DNA of 64,000 nucleotides from Sedimentisphaerales bacterium (GTDB lineage Bacteria > Planctomycetota > Phycisphaerae > Sedimentisphaerales > SM23-30): assembly GCA_963666285.1 (NCBI GenBank), contig OY762711.1. One strand, 5' to 3'. Position 1 is the first letter of the stretch. Every line of letters starts with the position of its first letter. A program made the position numbers and the translations under genes. Under the pieces are notes generated by a model. That model saw only the letters and a program-made list of their open reading frames with translations, was not told where the DNA came from and ran no database searches. This document shows positions 29,396 through 39,656 of the stretch, one piece after another.

Positions 29396-30529
29396 TTACT
29401 GCAAATCGTTTTGTTTGATGCCGTTCCACATATTACTCAAATGGGCGGTACCAATAATAAGTTTCACGACGCGATGAGAGGTATTATCGATTTTATAATC
29501 ATCGGGTACTTCAACATCTCGTGACATAATACTATCGGAAGTCTGGAGTTTTACAGCGTTTAGAATAACATCCGGATCAAGGCCGGTTACTACGATAGAA
29601 CCGGTGTCCATAGCTTCCGGGCGTTCGATAGCGTTGCGGCATGTTATCGCTGGGAAATTCAGAATACTGGACTCTTCGCAGATAGTACCGCTATCGGAAA
29701 TAACGCATTTTGCATTCATTTGAAGGAAGACATAATCCAGGAAACCAAAAGGCTTCATAAATTGAATTTTATCAGACACTTTGCGTCCGAGAGTTTCAAG
29801 TCTTTTACGGGTTCTAGGGTGAGTGGAGACAATTACCGGATAGTTGTATTCATCGGCAAGCTTTTCCAGGGCATCGAGCAAACTGGAAAGACTTTCCTTT
29901 CTGTCAACGTTTTCCTCACGATGGGCACTAACAAGGAAGAATTTATCTTTTTCCACACCAAGTTCCTGCAAGGCATTGGATGACTTGATCTTGTCAAGGT
30001 TCTGCAGCAGAACTTCTTTCATCGGTGAACCGGTCACATAAATCCTGCGATGTGGAATGCCCTCAGATAAGAGATGTCGCCGGGCATGTTCGGTATAGAC
30101 CAGATTGAAATCACTAACATGGTCAACGATTCTGCGATTAGTTTCTTCCGGTACATTAAAATCGAAACAGCGATTACCAGCCTCCATATGGTATACCGGG
30201 ATTTTCATTCTTTTGGCAATAATAGCCGCAATTGCACTATTGGTGTCGCCTAGAATCAGGACGGCATCGGGTTTTTCTTCGCGGAAGATTTCTTCAGCTT
30301 TTATCAGGATATTTCCATAAACCTTGCCAAGCGTACTGGTATCAACATTCATAAAATAATCCGGCTTACGCACGCCCAGGTCTTCAAAGAAGACTTCATT
30401 AAGTTCATAATCATAATTCTGGCCGGTATGCACTATTTTATGATCAACATGCTTATCCAGCATTTTCATAACAGCCGAGAGCCGTATTATTTCAGGACGA
30501 GTGCCTAATACAGTTACTACTTTCATCAT
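29396..30529 (-). CDS. fnlC: UDP-HexNAc 2-epimerase (FnlC/WbjD/Cap5G type)
   Basis: GTRPEIIRLS, HTGQNYD, GDTNS, HMEAGNR, SDSGT. Confidence 0.9.
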   Translation of the reverse strand: MMKVVTVLGTRPEIIRLSAVMKMLDKHVDHKIVHTGQNYDYELNEVFFEDLGVRKPDYFMNVDTSTLGKVYGNILIKAEEIFREEKPDAVLILGDTNSAIAAIIAKRMKIPVYHMEAGNRCFDFNVPEETNRRIVDHVSDFNLVYTEHARRHLLSEGIPHRRIYVTGSPMKEVLLQNLDKIKSSNALQELGVEKDKFFLVSAHREENVDRKESLSSLLDALEKLADEYNYPVIVSTHPRTRKRLETLGRKVSDKIQFMKPFGFLDYVFLQMNAKCVISDSGTICEESSILNFPAITCRNAIERPEAMDTGSIVVTGLDPDVILNAVKLQTSDSIMSRDVEVPDDYKIDNTSHRVVKLIIGTAHLSNMWNGIKQNDLQ

Positions 30530-30551
30530 TAGTCCTTGTCATATCAATATA

Positions 30552-31697
30552 TTATTGTTTATCGATTTCAACCGATTCAAAGAATGTATCCGGATCGTCC
30601 GGATTAAAATGTTCGTTGATCCAGAATAAAGTTACCAGTTCGGTACTGCCAATATTTGTGATATTATGGGTATAATAGATTGGCATCTCTACCCATGCCG
30701 GTTTGTCGCCGGAGACTTTGTATTCAATAACCTTATCAGTACCAATACGTCGCAATTTGATGCTTGCATCACCACTTATAACGCAGAATTTTTCATTTTT
30801 CCTGACATGATAGTGATTACCGCGGGTAATGCCGGGCTTTGTGGTAGAAAAAGATACCTGGCCGCCCTTTTCAAGTTTGAATACTTCTATAAATGAACCA
30901 CGATCATCAGTATTGAGTTTGAGGTTTCGCTGCCAGCTGGTTTCATCCATATATGTGATAAAGCAATTATACAGATCACGTTCAAAATCACTGTTTACTG
31001 CCGGAACCATGCCGCATTCAGTGTATCCGGCCTGGAATTTCTTTAATAAAGCGAGCAGTTCGGAAACTTTAACTTCGGCACGAGGTTTGATATATTCAAC
31101 AGAATATCCCTGTCGTTTTTCCTGTATAAGTCTATAAATATCATCCACCAGGTCATTTATATAGATCATATTCATTGTGCCGTCATTCTGAATCGAAGGT
31201 TCTTCGCCATGAGTAACCTGATAGCAGAAAGTAGCAACCACTGAATTATAGAAAGGCCTGCCATTGTCGCCAAACACATTTGGAACTACCATTGATATGC
31301 CGGAGCTGTTGTTTTTAGTGCAAAACTCTTCGAGCAGCTCCATTCCCCTTTTCTTGGCACGACCATATTCATTATCCCGCTCGATCTGGGTTGATGCTGA
31401 AAACAAGATACATGGATAATTGCCGGATTTAGCACAATATTCTAGCAGCTTTTCCATTAGTTCTATATTCTTGCTATAGATAACCTCCGGTTCATCCCGA
31501 TTTACGCCGGCAAGATGTACGATGAAATCAGCCTGGGCGGCAAATTCTATGAATTTATCTGGATGATCATAGTAATTTTTTTCGAACGGCAGGATTTCGA
31601 CATTATCTTCACTTGATAATCTATCCCGCAGATGAGAGCCGACAAAACCGGCCATACCGGTTATTCCAACTTTGATATTAGACATAGTTCGCTCCAA
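30552..31697 (-). CDS. fnlB: UDP-L-FucNAc pathway reductase with C-terminal cupin (FnlB/WbjC/Cap5F)
   Basis: HLAGVNR, PFYNSVVATFC, DDRGSF.E, PGITRGNHYH, DPDTFFE. Confidence 0.9.
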   Translation of the reverse strand: MERTMSNIKVGITGMAGFVGSHLRDRLSSEDNVEILPFEKNYYDHPDKFIEFAAQADFIVHLAGVNRDEPEVIYSKNIELMEKLLEYCAKSGNYPCILFSASTQIERDNEYGRAKKRGMELLEEFCTKNNSSGISMVVPNVFGDNGRPFYNSVVATFCYQVTHGEEPSIQNDGTMNMIYINDLVDDIYRLIQEKRQGYSVEYIKPRAEVKVSELLALLKKFQAGYTECGMVPAVNSDFERDLYNCFITYMDETSWQRNLKLNTDDRGSFIEVFKLEKGGQVSFSTTKPGITRGNHYHVRKNEKFCVISGDASIKLRRIGTDKVIEYKVSGDKPAWVEMPIYYTHNITNIGSTELVTLFWINEHFNPDDPDTFFESVEIDKQ

Positions 31698-31700
31698 TCC

Positions 31701-32738
31701 CTATTTTTTCCAATCTTTTAGCTCGGCCTGAACTTCCGGTAATGATAGAAGGAGTTCTTCCATCTGTTTAACATCCATCTGGTCGGTATTGTGAGAATGG
31801 TAGTCCTGAAGTTTAGTTTCCTCTTTGTCACCTTCGGTAAAATAAATAGTATAGTTTAGATCGCGGTCATCCAGATGGACCCGGAAATATTCTCCCATAT
31901 CTTCAGCACGGCTAACTTCTTCCACGGTAAGAAGAGTTTCATAGAGTTTTTCGCCATGGCGAATACCAATAACCTTGATATTCTGCGCCACTCCAAATAC
32001 ATTGCAAACGGCACGGGCCAGGATATCAATGGTACATGCCGGTGCCTTGCGAACAAAAAGGTCGCCATGGTTGCCATGCTCGAATGCAAACAAAACAAGT
32101 GCAACAGCTTCGCGCAACGGCAGCATAAAACGCGTCATTTCAGGAACAGTAAGAGTCAGCTCCTTACCCTGTTTGATCTGATTGACAAACAGAGGAATAA
32201 CAGAGCCGCGAGAGCACATTACATTTCCATAACGAACCGAGCAGATAACGGTATCACCAGAAGCATTCTGACGGGAGGCTGCCTGAGCAACCTTTTCCAT
32301 CATTGCTTTGCTGATACCCATGGCATTGATTGGATACGCCGCCTTGTCGGTACTAAGACAAACCATCTTATCAACTTTATGCTTGATCGCGGACTGGATA
32401 ACATTATTGCTGCCAAAAACATTGGTCATCACCGCCTGCATCGGGAAAAATTCACAGGAAGGAACCTGCTTTAATGCCGCGGCGTGGAAGACCAGGTCAA
32501 CGCCGATCATGGCATTATCAACGGAATCGCGGTCCCGGACATCGCCTATGTAGAATTTTAACCTGGGTTCGGCAAAATCAATTCGCATGAGTTCCTGCTT
32601 GAGCTCGTCCCTGCTGAAAATTCTAATTTCCTTTACTCCAGTTTCTAACAGACCCTTTACAACGGTTTTGCCAAAAGAGCCGGTACCGCCGGTAATAAGG
32701 ACTGTTTTACCTTGTAGTCTATTTGCTAAATTATTCAT
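31701..32738 (-). CDS. fnlA: UDP-GlcNAc 4,6-dehydratase/epimerase (FnlA/WbjB/Cap5E)
   Basis: TGGTGSFG, HAAALKQVPSCEFFP, STDKAAYPINAMG, RYGNVMCSRGSVIP, GIRHGEK. Confidence 0.93.
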   Translation of the reverse strand: MNNLANRLQGKTVLITGGTGSFGKTVVKGLLETGVKEIRIFSRDELKQELMRIDFAEPRLKFYIGDVRDRDSVDNAMIGVDLVFHAAALKQVPSCEFFPMQAVMTNVFGSNNVIQSAIKHKVDKMVCLSTDKAAYPINAMGISKAMMEKVAQAASRQNASGDTVICSVRYGNVMCSRGSVIPLFVNQIKQGKELTLTVPEMTRFMLPLREAVALVLFAFEHGNHGDLFVRKAPACTIDILARAVCNVFGVAQNIKVIGIRHGEKLYETLLTVEEVSRAEDMGEYFRVHLDDRDLNYTIYFTEGDKEETKLQDYHSHNTDQMDVKQMEELLLSLPEVQAELKDWKK

Positions 32739-32835
32739 AATATCTCCGAATAATACTTGTAGATAATTATCCCATTTTAAGTAACAAACATTTGAATTAG
32801 TAATACTACCAATAATTAAAAGGGATGACCAGTTG

Positions 32836-33001
32836 AGTGCGGTTTATGCTTCGCATCATATGCATGACGCACTTTTAACTGTTCAACGTTATACGCAAAG
32901 GATTGTATTTCGAGTTATTTCTCGAAAGTTTATTATAATCAAAGTGTTGCATGAAGGCCCTTTTAGGCGATTTTTGCAACTTAAAAACAGGGAAAGAAAA
33001 C
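32836..33001 (+). repeat. MITE-like repeat (family B), copy 1
   Basis: Shares agtgcggttt..cgcac.ttt.actgttca..acgcaaagg and gttgca.gaaggcccttttaggcgattt..gcaactt.aaaac with 58866-59123 and 62612-62794. Confidence 0.85.
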
Positions 33002-33022
33002 GTTGCCATACAACAACAGATA

Positions 33023-34243
33023 TCAACAGACTTTCCAAACCTCTTTTTCGACAAACTCAAGAACTCTTTTTGCCTGAATCGTATTACTCTTATTTTCTAA
33101 AACAAATTTTTTGGCATTAAGGCCAAATTCATGTAATTCTTCCCTGGGCCTACCGAGTAAGTCTTGAAGGGTTTCACGCATCCCCTCAACAGTTTCATCA
33201 TTAAACAGATAAACATGAGGATGATATTCCTGAGGCATACCGGGAAGATTCGTAGTAACCAATGGTGTACCAGATACCATCGACTCGATGTTTTTGGATG
33301 GAAAAGAATATTTGGTTAATTCTTCAGAAGTTGGGCGAGGATTCAACAATAAGGTTGCCTGCATCTGCATTTTTACAACTTCTGCATTTTCAACAACTCC
33401 AAAATATTTAATACGAGAATCTTTTTTACAATAATCCGGCATATCCTTCGCCATCGGACCATCACCATAAATATAAAATCTATAGTCTTCTCCTTTTAGC
33501 TGCAGAAATGCATCTATAAGAGTTTTAACCCCATAAATTTCATATATCCCCCCTGCATAGATAATAATTTTCTCTTTTGCCTTGTTTACTAGCCTGTTTT
33601 CCATTTCTGCCATTGCTTCATCTACAAGACCTTCCATAATTATATGAGGCTTTCCTGCAGTATTAACAACATCATTAAGCTGCCTGGTTAAAACGACAAA
33701 ACCGTCAAAAGCAGATATGATTTTATAATTAAACCAGAAACGGAGCTGCCTAATCAGTTTTGCATTACCACTGGTAGAGACAGTCAAATGAGGCATATCT
33801 GTAACAATTACAACAGTTTTCGATCTGGTTATTTTACCGGCAACCATAGCTGCTGTTGCTATTGTTAAGTTCAAGGCATCACAAAATACAACTCTTCGAC
33901 ATCCAATAGAACTTATTGCCCAAATAAAAGTTTTTATAAAAGAATTCAAATAAACCATAACATTTTTCAAAAATGGCAGATTAACCATATGTGCATAACT
34001 ATATTTAACTCTATTAACATTCTCTGAAGGCAAAAACCATATACGACGAGAATGTGAAGAATGAATAACAGGTACCGAGGTTAATGTTCCAACCTTACAA
34101 TTTTCATCAGACTTCGCAAAACCTTCGACCAAAAGGCGACTAAATTTCTGTATTGACTGAACAGGTTTTCTTGAAGCCGTTTTAAGAAGATAGTCTACCA
34201 TCTTCGGCGAACATAATGTACTTACGTATAATATTTTTTTCAT
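33023..34243 (-). CDS. Glycosyltransferase family 4
   Basis: YAGG...YGV, YGDG, NPRP.....KYSFPSK.IE.M.SGTP. Confidence 0.88.
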   Translation of the reverse strand: MKKILYVSTLCSPKMVDYLLKTASRKPVQSIQKFSRLLVEGFAKSDENCKVGTLTSVPVIHSSHSRRIWFLPSENVNRVKYSYAHMVNLPFLKNVMVYLNSFIKTFIWAISSIGCRRVVFCDALNLTIATAAMVAGKITRSKTVVIVTDMPHLTVSTSGNAKLIRQLRFWFNYKIISAFDGFVVLTRQLNDVVNTAGKPHIIMEGLVDEAMAEMENRLVNKAKEKIIIYAGGIYEIYGVKTLIDAFLQLKGEDYRFYIYGDGPMAKDMPDYCKKDSRIKYFGVVENAEVVKMQMQATLLLNPRPTSEELTKYSFPSKNIESMVSGTPLVTTNLPGMPQEYHPHVYLFNDETVEGMRETLQDLLGRPREELHEFGLNAKKFVLENKSNTIQAKRVLEFVEKEVWKVC

Positions 34244-34269
34244 CTTAATTCAATCTTCAATCAAACAAA

Positions 34270-35535
34270 TCAATAATTACAATCATTAATAATTTGACTA
34301 TCATTCAGCCCTGACTGTTCATTTTCATAATAATATTCAGCTAATTTAGCCTTATAATTCTGAAAATCGGCAATTGTCATACCCCAAAACATTGTTAAAC
34401 ATAAAAACCAATCAGTCTGAGATAATAAAATACTGAACATAGACCCCCAGGCAAACCAAACCAAAGATACAGCATATGCTCCCAGATGAGGATATTGATA
34501 TTTTTTCATTTCAATTAATATTTTTATGAGGGATACAATAAAAGCTATATAGAAAAACAAACCAAAAAGACCATAGTCAAAAAGAATTTCTAATAAGTCA
34601 TTATGAGCATACTCACCCATAGTAATAAATACAGCTTCACGCCCGTGACCAATCAACCAACAACTAGGCTCAGAAAGAAATGCATCTATCACACGCTGAT
34701 AGATATATAATCTTCCACTACCAGCATCCTGAGTAAGGCTACTAAGTCTGCTCGACCAATCTATCTCAAAAACCATAGACAAATGTTTATAAGCAAAAAA
34801 TAAAATAGAGATAAAAACTAAAGCACCGAAAAACACAACAAGATTTTTCCATAATTTATTGCCCGAATTAAGCTTATAAAGACAATAAAAATAAACTGCC
34901 ATTGATGAAACATACGCCATAATTGCCATGCGTTTATAAGACAGGACAACACAGATGAAAATAACAAGAAGCAAACCTATCTTTACAAGTTTAATCCTTA
35001 AAAATAAGACAATAGGCATAAAATATGCAACAAAATAAACCGGGTTCAATGCAGTATATGTTGTATTAGTTACTCTAAAGCTTAACGCATAATATACATA
35101 TGCAATAAAAATAACCATAAAAACCATAATTGCATTATGATATTTAACTGTCTTAAGTTTCAAAACAGAATAGTAGGACAATATCATTACTGAAACCCAA
35201 TAAAATATAATAACAAACCTAAACGGAAGCTTATTAATTACATATAAGCCGCTTATAGCCGTTGTCAAACAAGCAAAACTAGCAAACACTATTGCAAGCC
35301 ATAAAAATCGCCCAGTATTTCTCATCATACTATTAACAACCAAATCAATAAAAGATATAACGACAACCATAGCCATAAAATAGGAATACTTGCCTACGCC
35401 TACATCTGTAAAACCATCAACATAGACATAGATTTTATATCTAAAATTAAAGATTATTGCAATAAAGAGAGCAAAAGACAATAATACTTCAAAACTAAAT
35501 AATGAAGAAATACATGTTTTATTTTCAAGTAACAT
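34270..35535 (-). CDS. O-antigen polymerase/ligase (Wzy_C) family membrane protein
   Basis: Many TM helices; SGRLYIY, IGHG, AHNDLLEIL..YGLFG. Confidence 0.85.
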   Translation of the reverse strand: MLLENKTCISSLFSFEVLLSFALFIAIIFNFRYKIYVYVDGFTDVGVGKYSYFMAMVVVISFIDLVVNSMMRNTGRFLWLAIVFASFACLTTAISGLYVINKLPFRFVIIFYWVSVMILSYYSVLKLKTVKYHNAIMVFMVIFIAYVYYALSFRVTNTTYTALNPVYFVAYFMPIVLFLRIKLVKIGLLLVIFICVVLSYKRMAIMAYVSSMAVYFYCLYKLNSGNKLWKNLVVFFGALVFISILFFAYKHLSMVFEIDWSSRLSSLTQDAGSGRLYIYQRVIDAFLSEPSCWLIGHGREAVFITMGEYAHNDLLEILFDYGLFGLFFYIAFIVSLIKILIEMKKYQYPHLGAYAVSLVWFAWGSMFSILLSQTDWFLCLTMFWGMTIADFQNYKAKLAEYYYENEQSGLNDSQIINDCNY

Positions 35536-35577
35536 CTAACTACCTTTTTTTACAACTTAATATGATCAATAATTATA

Positions 35578-36756
35578 TCATTCATTATCTTCAAATAATG
35601 CTAAGTACATATTAGAAATATTATCCCATGAATATATATCTGATTCAAAAAAGGATAAAGCTCCATCTTTAAGTTTTTTATATAAATGTGAATCATTAAT
35701 CAATTGAATCATTTTCATAGCCAATTCCTCTTGGTTGTCAGGAGAAACAAGTAACCCATTCTCACCATCAACAATATATTCATTAAAGCCTCCAACATTT
35801 GATGCAATAATAGGTTTACCAAAAAGAAACGATGTGGAAACAATACCGCTCTGAGAAGCAGACTTATACGGACAAACAACACAATATGCTTTTTTATTTA
35901 AATATACTATTTCTTCATTAGATAGATATCTATTTATAACTATATATCTTGGATCATTTACTATTTTACTCAAACATGGATCATCACCACGCCCTGCAAC
36001 AACAATTTTAATTTTATCAAGCTCAGAACCAAGAATTTCAACAGCACCACAAAAAACATCAAGTCCTTTATAAGGTAACAAATTTCCATAATTAAGAATA
36101 TACGGCTGTTCAATTGATAGGTCACACTGGCTATCATCGATAATAGTATATGTTTCAAAAACTCCAAATGGAATAACGCTAATATGATTACTTGCTGATT
36201 CATCAAGCTGAAGAAGTCTTTCTTTGGAAGCGTTTGAGTGTGTAATAATATTTATTCTATTAGTTAACAAATAATCTATCAATTTATAATCTGTACTTTG
36301 AGAAGAATAATGTGGTGTCACCTCATGAAGAGACACATAAACACATTCTTTTACAGACTTTAACGTTTTAATAAGATCAAGCAATGGCGGATTTTGGCCT
36401 ACAACATTTATATAATCGTATTTCTTGTATTTTATCCACAACCCCATAAAAATAAATAACAAACGAGAAAACCAAGATAAATATCTTTGAGGATAAGGAG
36501 GTAAAACAACCAAATATATATTTACCCTATCAGACTCCATGTAGTCATAATAAGGCTTCATATATTTTCTATTATTTCTCCAAAGGCCGGGCAGTCTCAT
36601 TTTTCTCCCAAAATCAAATGCAGACGAACAATGATTACCAAAACGAGTCACAAAATAGTAATCAACACAACATCCTTTCTTTGCCAGATGTTTTACCAAA
36701 GGCAAAGTACTTTCAGGGTGATTATATGCGAATACAGCTATTTTTTTATTTTCCAC
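35578..36756 (-). CDS. Glycosyltransferase family 4
   Basis: G.L.PYKGLD, PYKSASQSG, DGENGLLV. Confidence 0.88.
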   Translation of the reverse strand: MENKKIAVFAYNHPESTLPLVKHLAKKGCCVDYYFVTRFGNHCSSAFDFGRKMRLPGLWRNNRKYMKPYYDYMESDRVNIYLVVLPPYPQRYLSWFSRLLFIFMGLWIKYKKYDYINVVGQNPPLLDLIKTLKSVKECVYVSLHEVTPHYSSQSTDYKLIDYLLTNRINIITHSNASKERLLQLDESASNHISVIPFGVFETYTIIDDSQCDLSIEQPYILNYGNLLPYKGLDVFCGAVEILGSELDKIKIVVAGRGDDPCLSKIVNDPRYIVINRYLSNEEIVYLNKKAYCVVCPYKSASQSGIVSTSFLFGKPIIASNVGGFNEYIVDGENGLLVSPDNQEELAMKMIQLINDSHLYKKLKDGALSFFESDIYSWDNISNMYLALFEDNE

Positions 36757-36758
36757 TT

Positions 36759-38003
36759 TTATATTCCATTTTCAATGACAGAAACAATATCAGCCATCAT
36801 TGTTTCATATTCAACTTGAATAGATGTACTAAACTCAGACAGTAAGTGCCGGTTACTTTTAAGATGCAAAACCGACTCCAACACATCAGATGGTCTAGGA
36901 AGTTCACACAAAAAACCAGCATCCCTGGAACGCTGACTCAACATTCCTGCTTTATTTATAATATGATAGATTTTACTAGATTTTGAATTAACAAAACCTC
37001 GCAGATATATAACTCCATAATAATCGAAAATATAGTACGGCACATTGTTATGCATAGAAACAACCATTGGGTGCATATTATGGCCAATGTATGCCGAAGA
37101 ATTTTTAATCAAACCATACCAGTCTAGAGGAGGCAACGGGAGGTCAATTTTTCTCGCCCCGGGGATATCTCTAAAAATATGCCCCTTCGGCATAGGCATA
37201 ATTAGACATTCCAGTTTTTTTGCACGAGCTAGTTTCACAAATTCGGCGATCCACTTTTCATCAACTGATGATTTTCTAATAAAACTAATCAGCAGGTAAT
37301 CCTCAGAAATACTATATTTATTTAAAATGTCTTCTTTTGATAATATTAATTCACCAGCATTTTGATTAAATGAAAACACAGGATCAGGAGTGACAGGAGG
37401 CACTATTTTCCCACATGTTATATGTTTGAACATGGCTTGCGTCCAGTTGTCCCTAACGGAAACATAGGCAAATTCACTGATTGAGTTTGCCATTTCACTT
37501 CTCACTTGTCCTTGGATACCATAATATTTTTCATTCTGAGAAGAAACTGACATCAAGATAACAGGTATTTTTTTATCCAGACTATTCGAGAAGCTTCCCC
37601 AAAAAGGATTAGGATAAATAAGATGAGCCGGAGGCTCAGGAGAAACAGTAACAATCTTTCTTGTAGGAAAATTTATTCTAGCCCAAAAAGATTTGTGTTG
37701 AGCAACAGCATCACTACCAATCACTACAGCGTCTATATTATGATTTTTGATTTGCTCAACAATATCCTGTTCTGTTCGACACCTAGAAGTAAGGGGCAAA
37801 TATTCACTGACAAATTTCTCATGCTCAGCATACTGCTCAGGAAGTATAGATTTACGATATTGGCTATCAACAGCATCTGGAACCCAGTCAATCACCATTG
37901 GATTATACCCTTTTCTCCTAAAGAATCCAACCGTCGATAATGCCTGTAAATTTGCACCAAAATTGCAGACAGAATGGTATGTTAAAATACCAATATTCTT
38001 CAT
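36759..38003 (-). CDS. Polysaccharide pyruvyltransferase family protein
   Basis: IGILTYH...NFGANLQA, IGSD, SVRD, PDPVF. Confidence 0.85.
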   Translation of the reverse strand: MKNIGILTYHSVCNFGANLQALSTVGFFRRKGYNPMVIDWVPDAVDSQYRKSILPEQYAEHEKFVSEYLPLTSRCRTEQDIVEQIKNHNIDAVVIGSDAVAQHKSFWARINFPTRKIVTVSPEPPAHLIYPNPFWGSFSNSLDKKIPVILMSVSSQNEKYYGIQGQVRSEMANSISEFAYVSVRDNWTQAMFKHITCGKIVPPVTPDPVFSFNQNAGELILSKEDILNKYSISEDYLLISFIRKSSVDEKWIAEFVKLARAKKLECLIMPMPKGHIFRDIPGARKIDLPLPPLDWYGLIKNSSAYIGHNMHPMVVSMHNNVPYYIFDYYGVIYLRGFVNSKSSKIYHIINKAGMLSQRSRDAGFLCELPRPSDVLESVLHLKSNRHLLSEFSTSIQVEYETMMADIVSVIENGI

Positions 38004-38087
38004 TTAAAAAACAACTCCTATTAACCAATATTTACACATTCAACAATAACTTATCACAATTATTTGATAATAAGCCAAAGAAATCAA

Positions 38088-39623
38088 TTATTTTTTTACT
38101 TTAATCCTGCTTAGAAAACGATTAAATATTTTTGCAAACAGCTCTTTCTCATATTTACTAAAAGCAACAATCCAGGTAAGACATAGAGAAACAAATACAC
38201 TACCTGCCAAAATGATTAGTAATCGAGCAAATGAAATTTCCATAAATTTATAAACAGTAAATCCTGTTAAATATGAAACGGACAATACAACAAAACAGGG
38301 AATTACAACATAACTAAACCACCGTTTCACAGTAACTCCAAAAAGTCGTCGCATCCAATAGACTCTTCCAGCTGTAACTAAAGCTGCCATTATCACAAAA
38401 GCCCACCCAATACTAACCACTGGTCCGCCGAGTTTGATAAAACCCCAGGCAAGAGGCAGAGTTAACAGAAATAAACCTCCAACAGTGGCCTGATAACCGG
38501 CTATTTTACCAAAGGCACTAACTGCCAACATATTTCCGTATGTCAAATGGTTTATAATTAAAGAGACCAAAATCAATCTACACAAAGAAGCAGAATTTTC
38601 TGGAGGATTCTTGAGCCATAATTTCAAAACATAATCCATTTCTACAATAATAGGAATTGCGAATAAAAGCAGAAGAATTGTTCCAAATTTACATGCAAAA
38701 AGAGATAAGGTCAACATTCTGTCGCGGTCACCACGACCTTCGCTTGCGGTAATCTCAGGCGCAAATGCCCCCATCATAGCATTTGCAAGTTGAGTAGTTT
38801 GTGTTGATACTTGATTAGCAATACCATACGAAGCGTTTGCCGATGGTCCAAAATACAAATTGAGCAGTAGAGCAGAACCTTGGTTACGCAATAATGTTCC
38901 AGTGTTCCCGATAAGATTCCAGCTGGCAAAAGAAATGATCTCTTTCAATCTTGCCAATCCAAACCAGTAAGAGACACAAATTCGACATTCCTTAAATCGT
39001 AATAAAGCCCATATAATTTGAGTTGCCTGAATGGTCACAACAATTAAAACCATTCCGCTGGCGTAAAATATTAGACGGTCACTTGATACCGCAGTCAAAT
39101 ACCATGCTAACCCAAAAGTCAAAACAGATTGCAATATTCCCCAAACAGATAACAATGCAATATTCTGCTTAGCTCTATACATAGCAATAAATGGCACAGA
39201 AAGCATATTAACAAAAGCAGAAATTAGAGAAATCCGAAAAACTTTAGTACAAGCACACAACCTTTCCTGCGGAATCGTTAAGAAATGAGTAATGACATAC
39301 TCACCAACCAGCCAACCTAATAAAACTAAAACTATACCAAGAACAACATGTAAGCTAAATGCGGTATTAAACCATCTATTAACTTCTGCAGTATCTTCTT
39401 TCCCTAAATAAAATGCATAATGGCGAGCTGCACTATTTGACATAACAGCATTTAAAAACACAATAAAAATAATAATAGATCCAACAACGCTGAAAAGGCC
39501 AAAATCAGTCTTTCCCATTGCATTCAATACCCACCGACTGCTGAATAATGCTAATGCCACACCAAGAACAGATCTAATATATGTTGCTGCAATATTTAAA
39601 ATTATCCGATGAGAAGGTTTCAT
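38088..39623 (-). CDS. wzx: Polysaccharide flippase (Wzx/MOP family)
   Basis: 12-14 TMs; R.VLNA.G..DFGLFSVVG; N.YFG...NASYGIANQV. Confidence 0.85.
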   Translation of the reverse strand: MKPSHRIILNIAATYIRSVLGVALALFSSRWVLNAMGKTDFGLFSVVGSIIIFIVFLNAVMSNSAARHYAFYLGKEDTAEVNRWFNTAFSLHVVLGIVLVLLGWLVGEYVITHFLTIPQERLCACTKVFRISLISAFVNMLSVPFIAMYRAKQNIALLSVWGILQSVLTFGLAWYLTAVSSDRLIFYASGMVLIVVTIQATQIIWALLRFKECRICVSYWFGLARLKEIISFASWNLIGNTGTLLRNQGSALLLNLYFGPSANASYGIANQVSTQTTQLANAMMGAFAPEITASEGRGDRDRMLTLSLFACKFGTILLLLFAIPIIVEMDYVLKLWLKNPPENSASLCRLILVSLIINHLTYGNMLAVSAFGKIAGYQATVGGLFLLTLPLAWGFIKLGGPVVSIGWAFVIMAALVTAGRVYWMRRLFGVTVKRWFSYVVIPCFVVLSVSYLTGFTVYKFMEISFARLLIILAGSVFVSLCLTWIVAFSKYEKELFAKIFNRFLSRIKVKK

Positions 39624-39656
39624 TATTTCTTTCTTACAAAATTGTCCTAATTTGCT

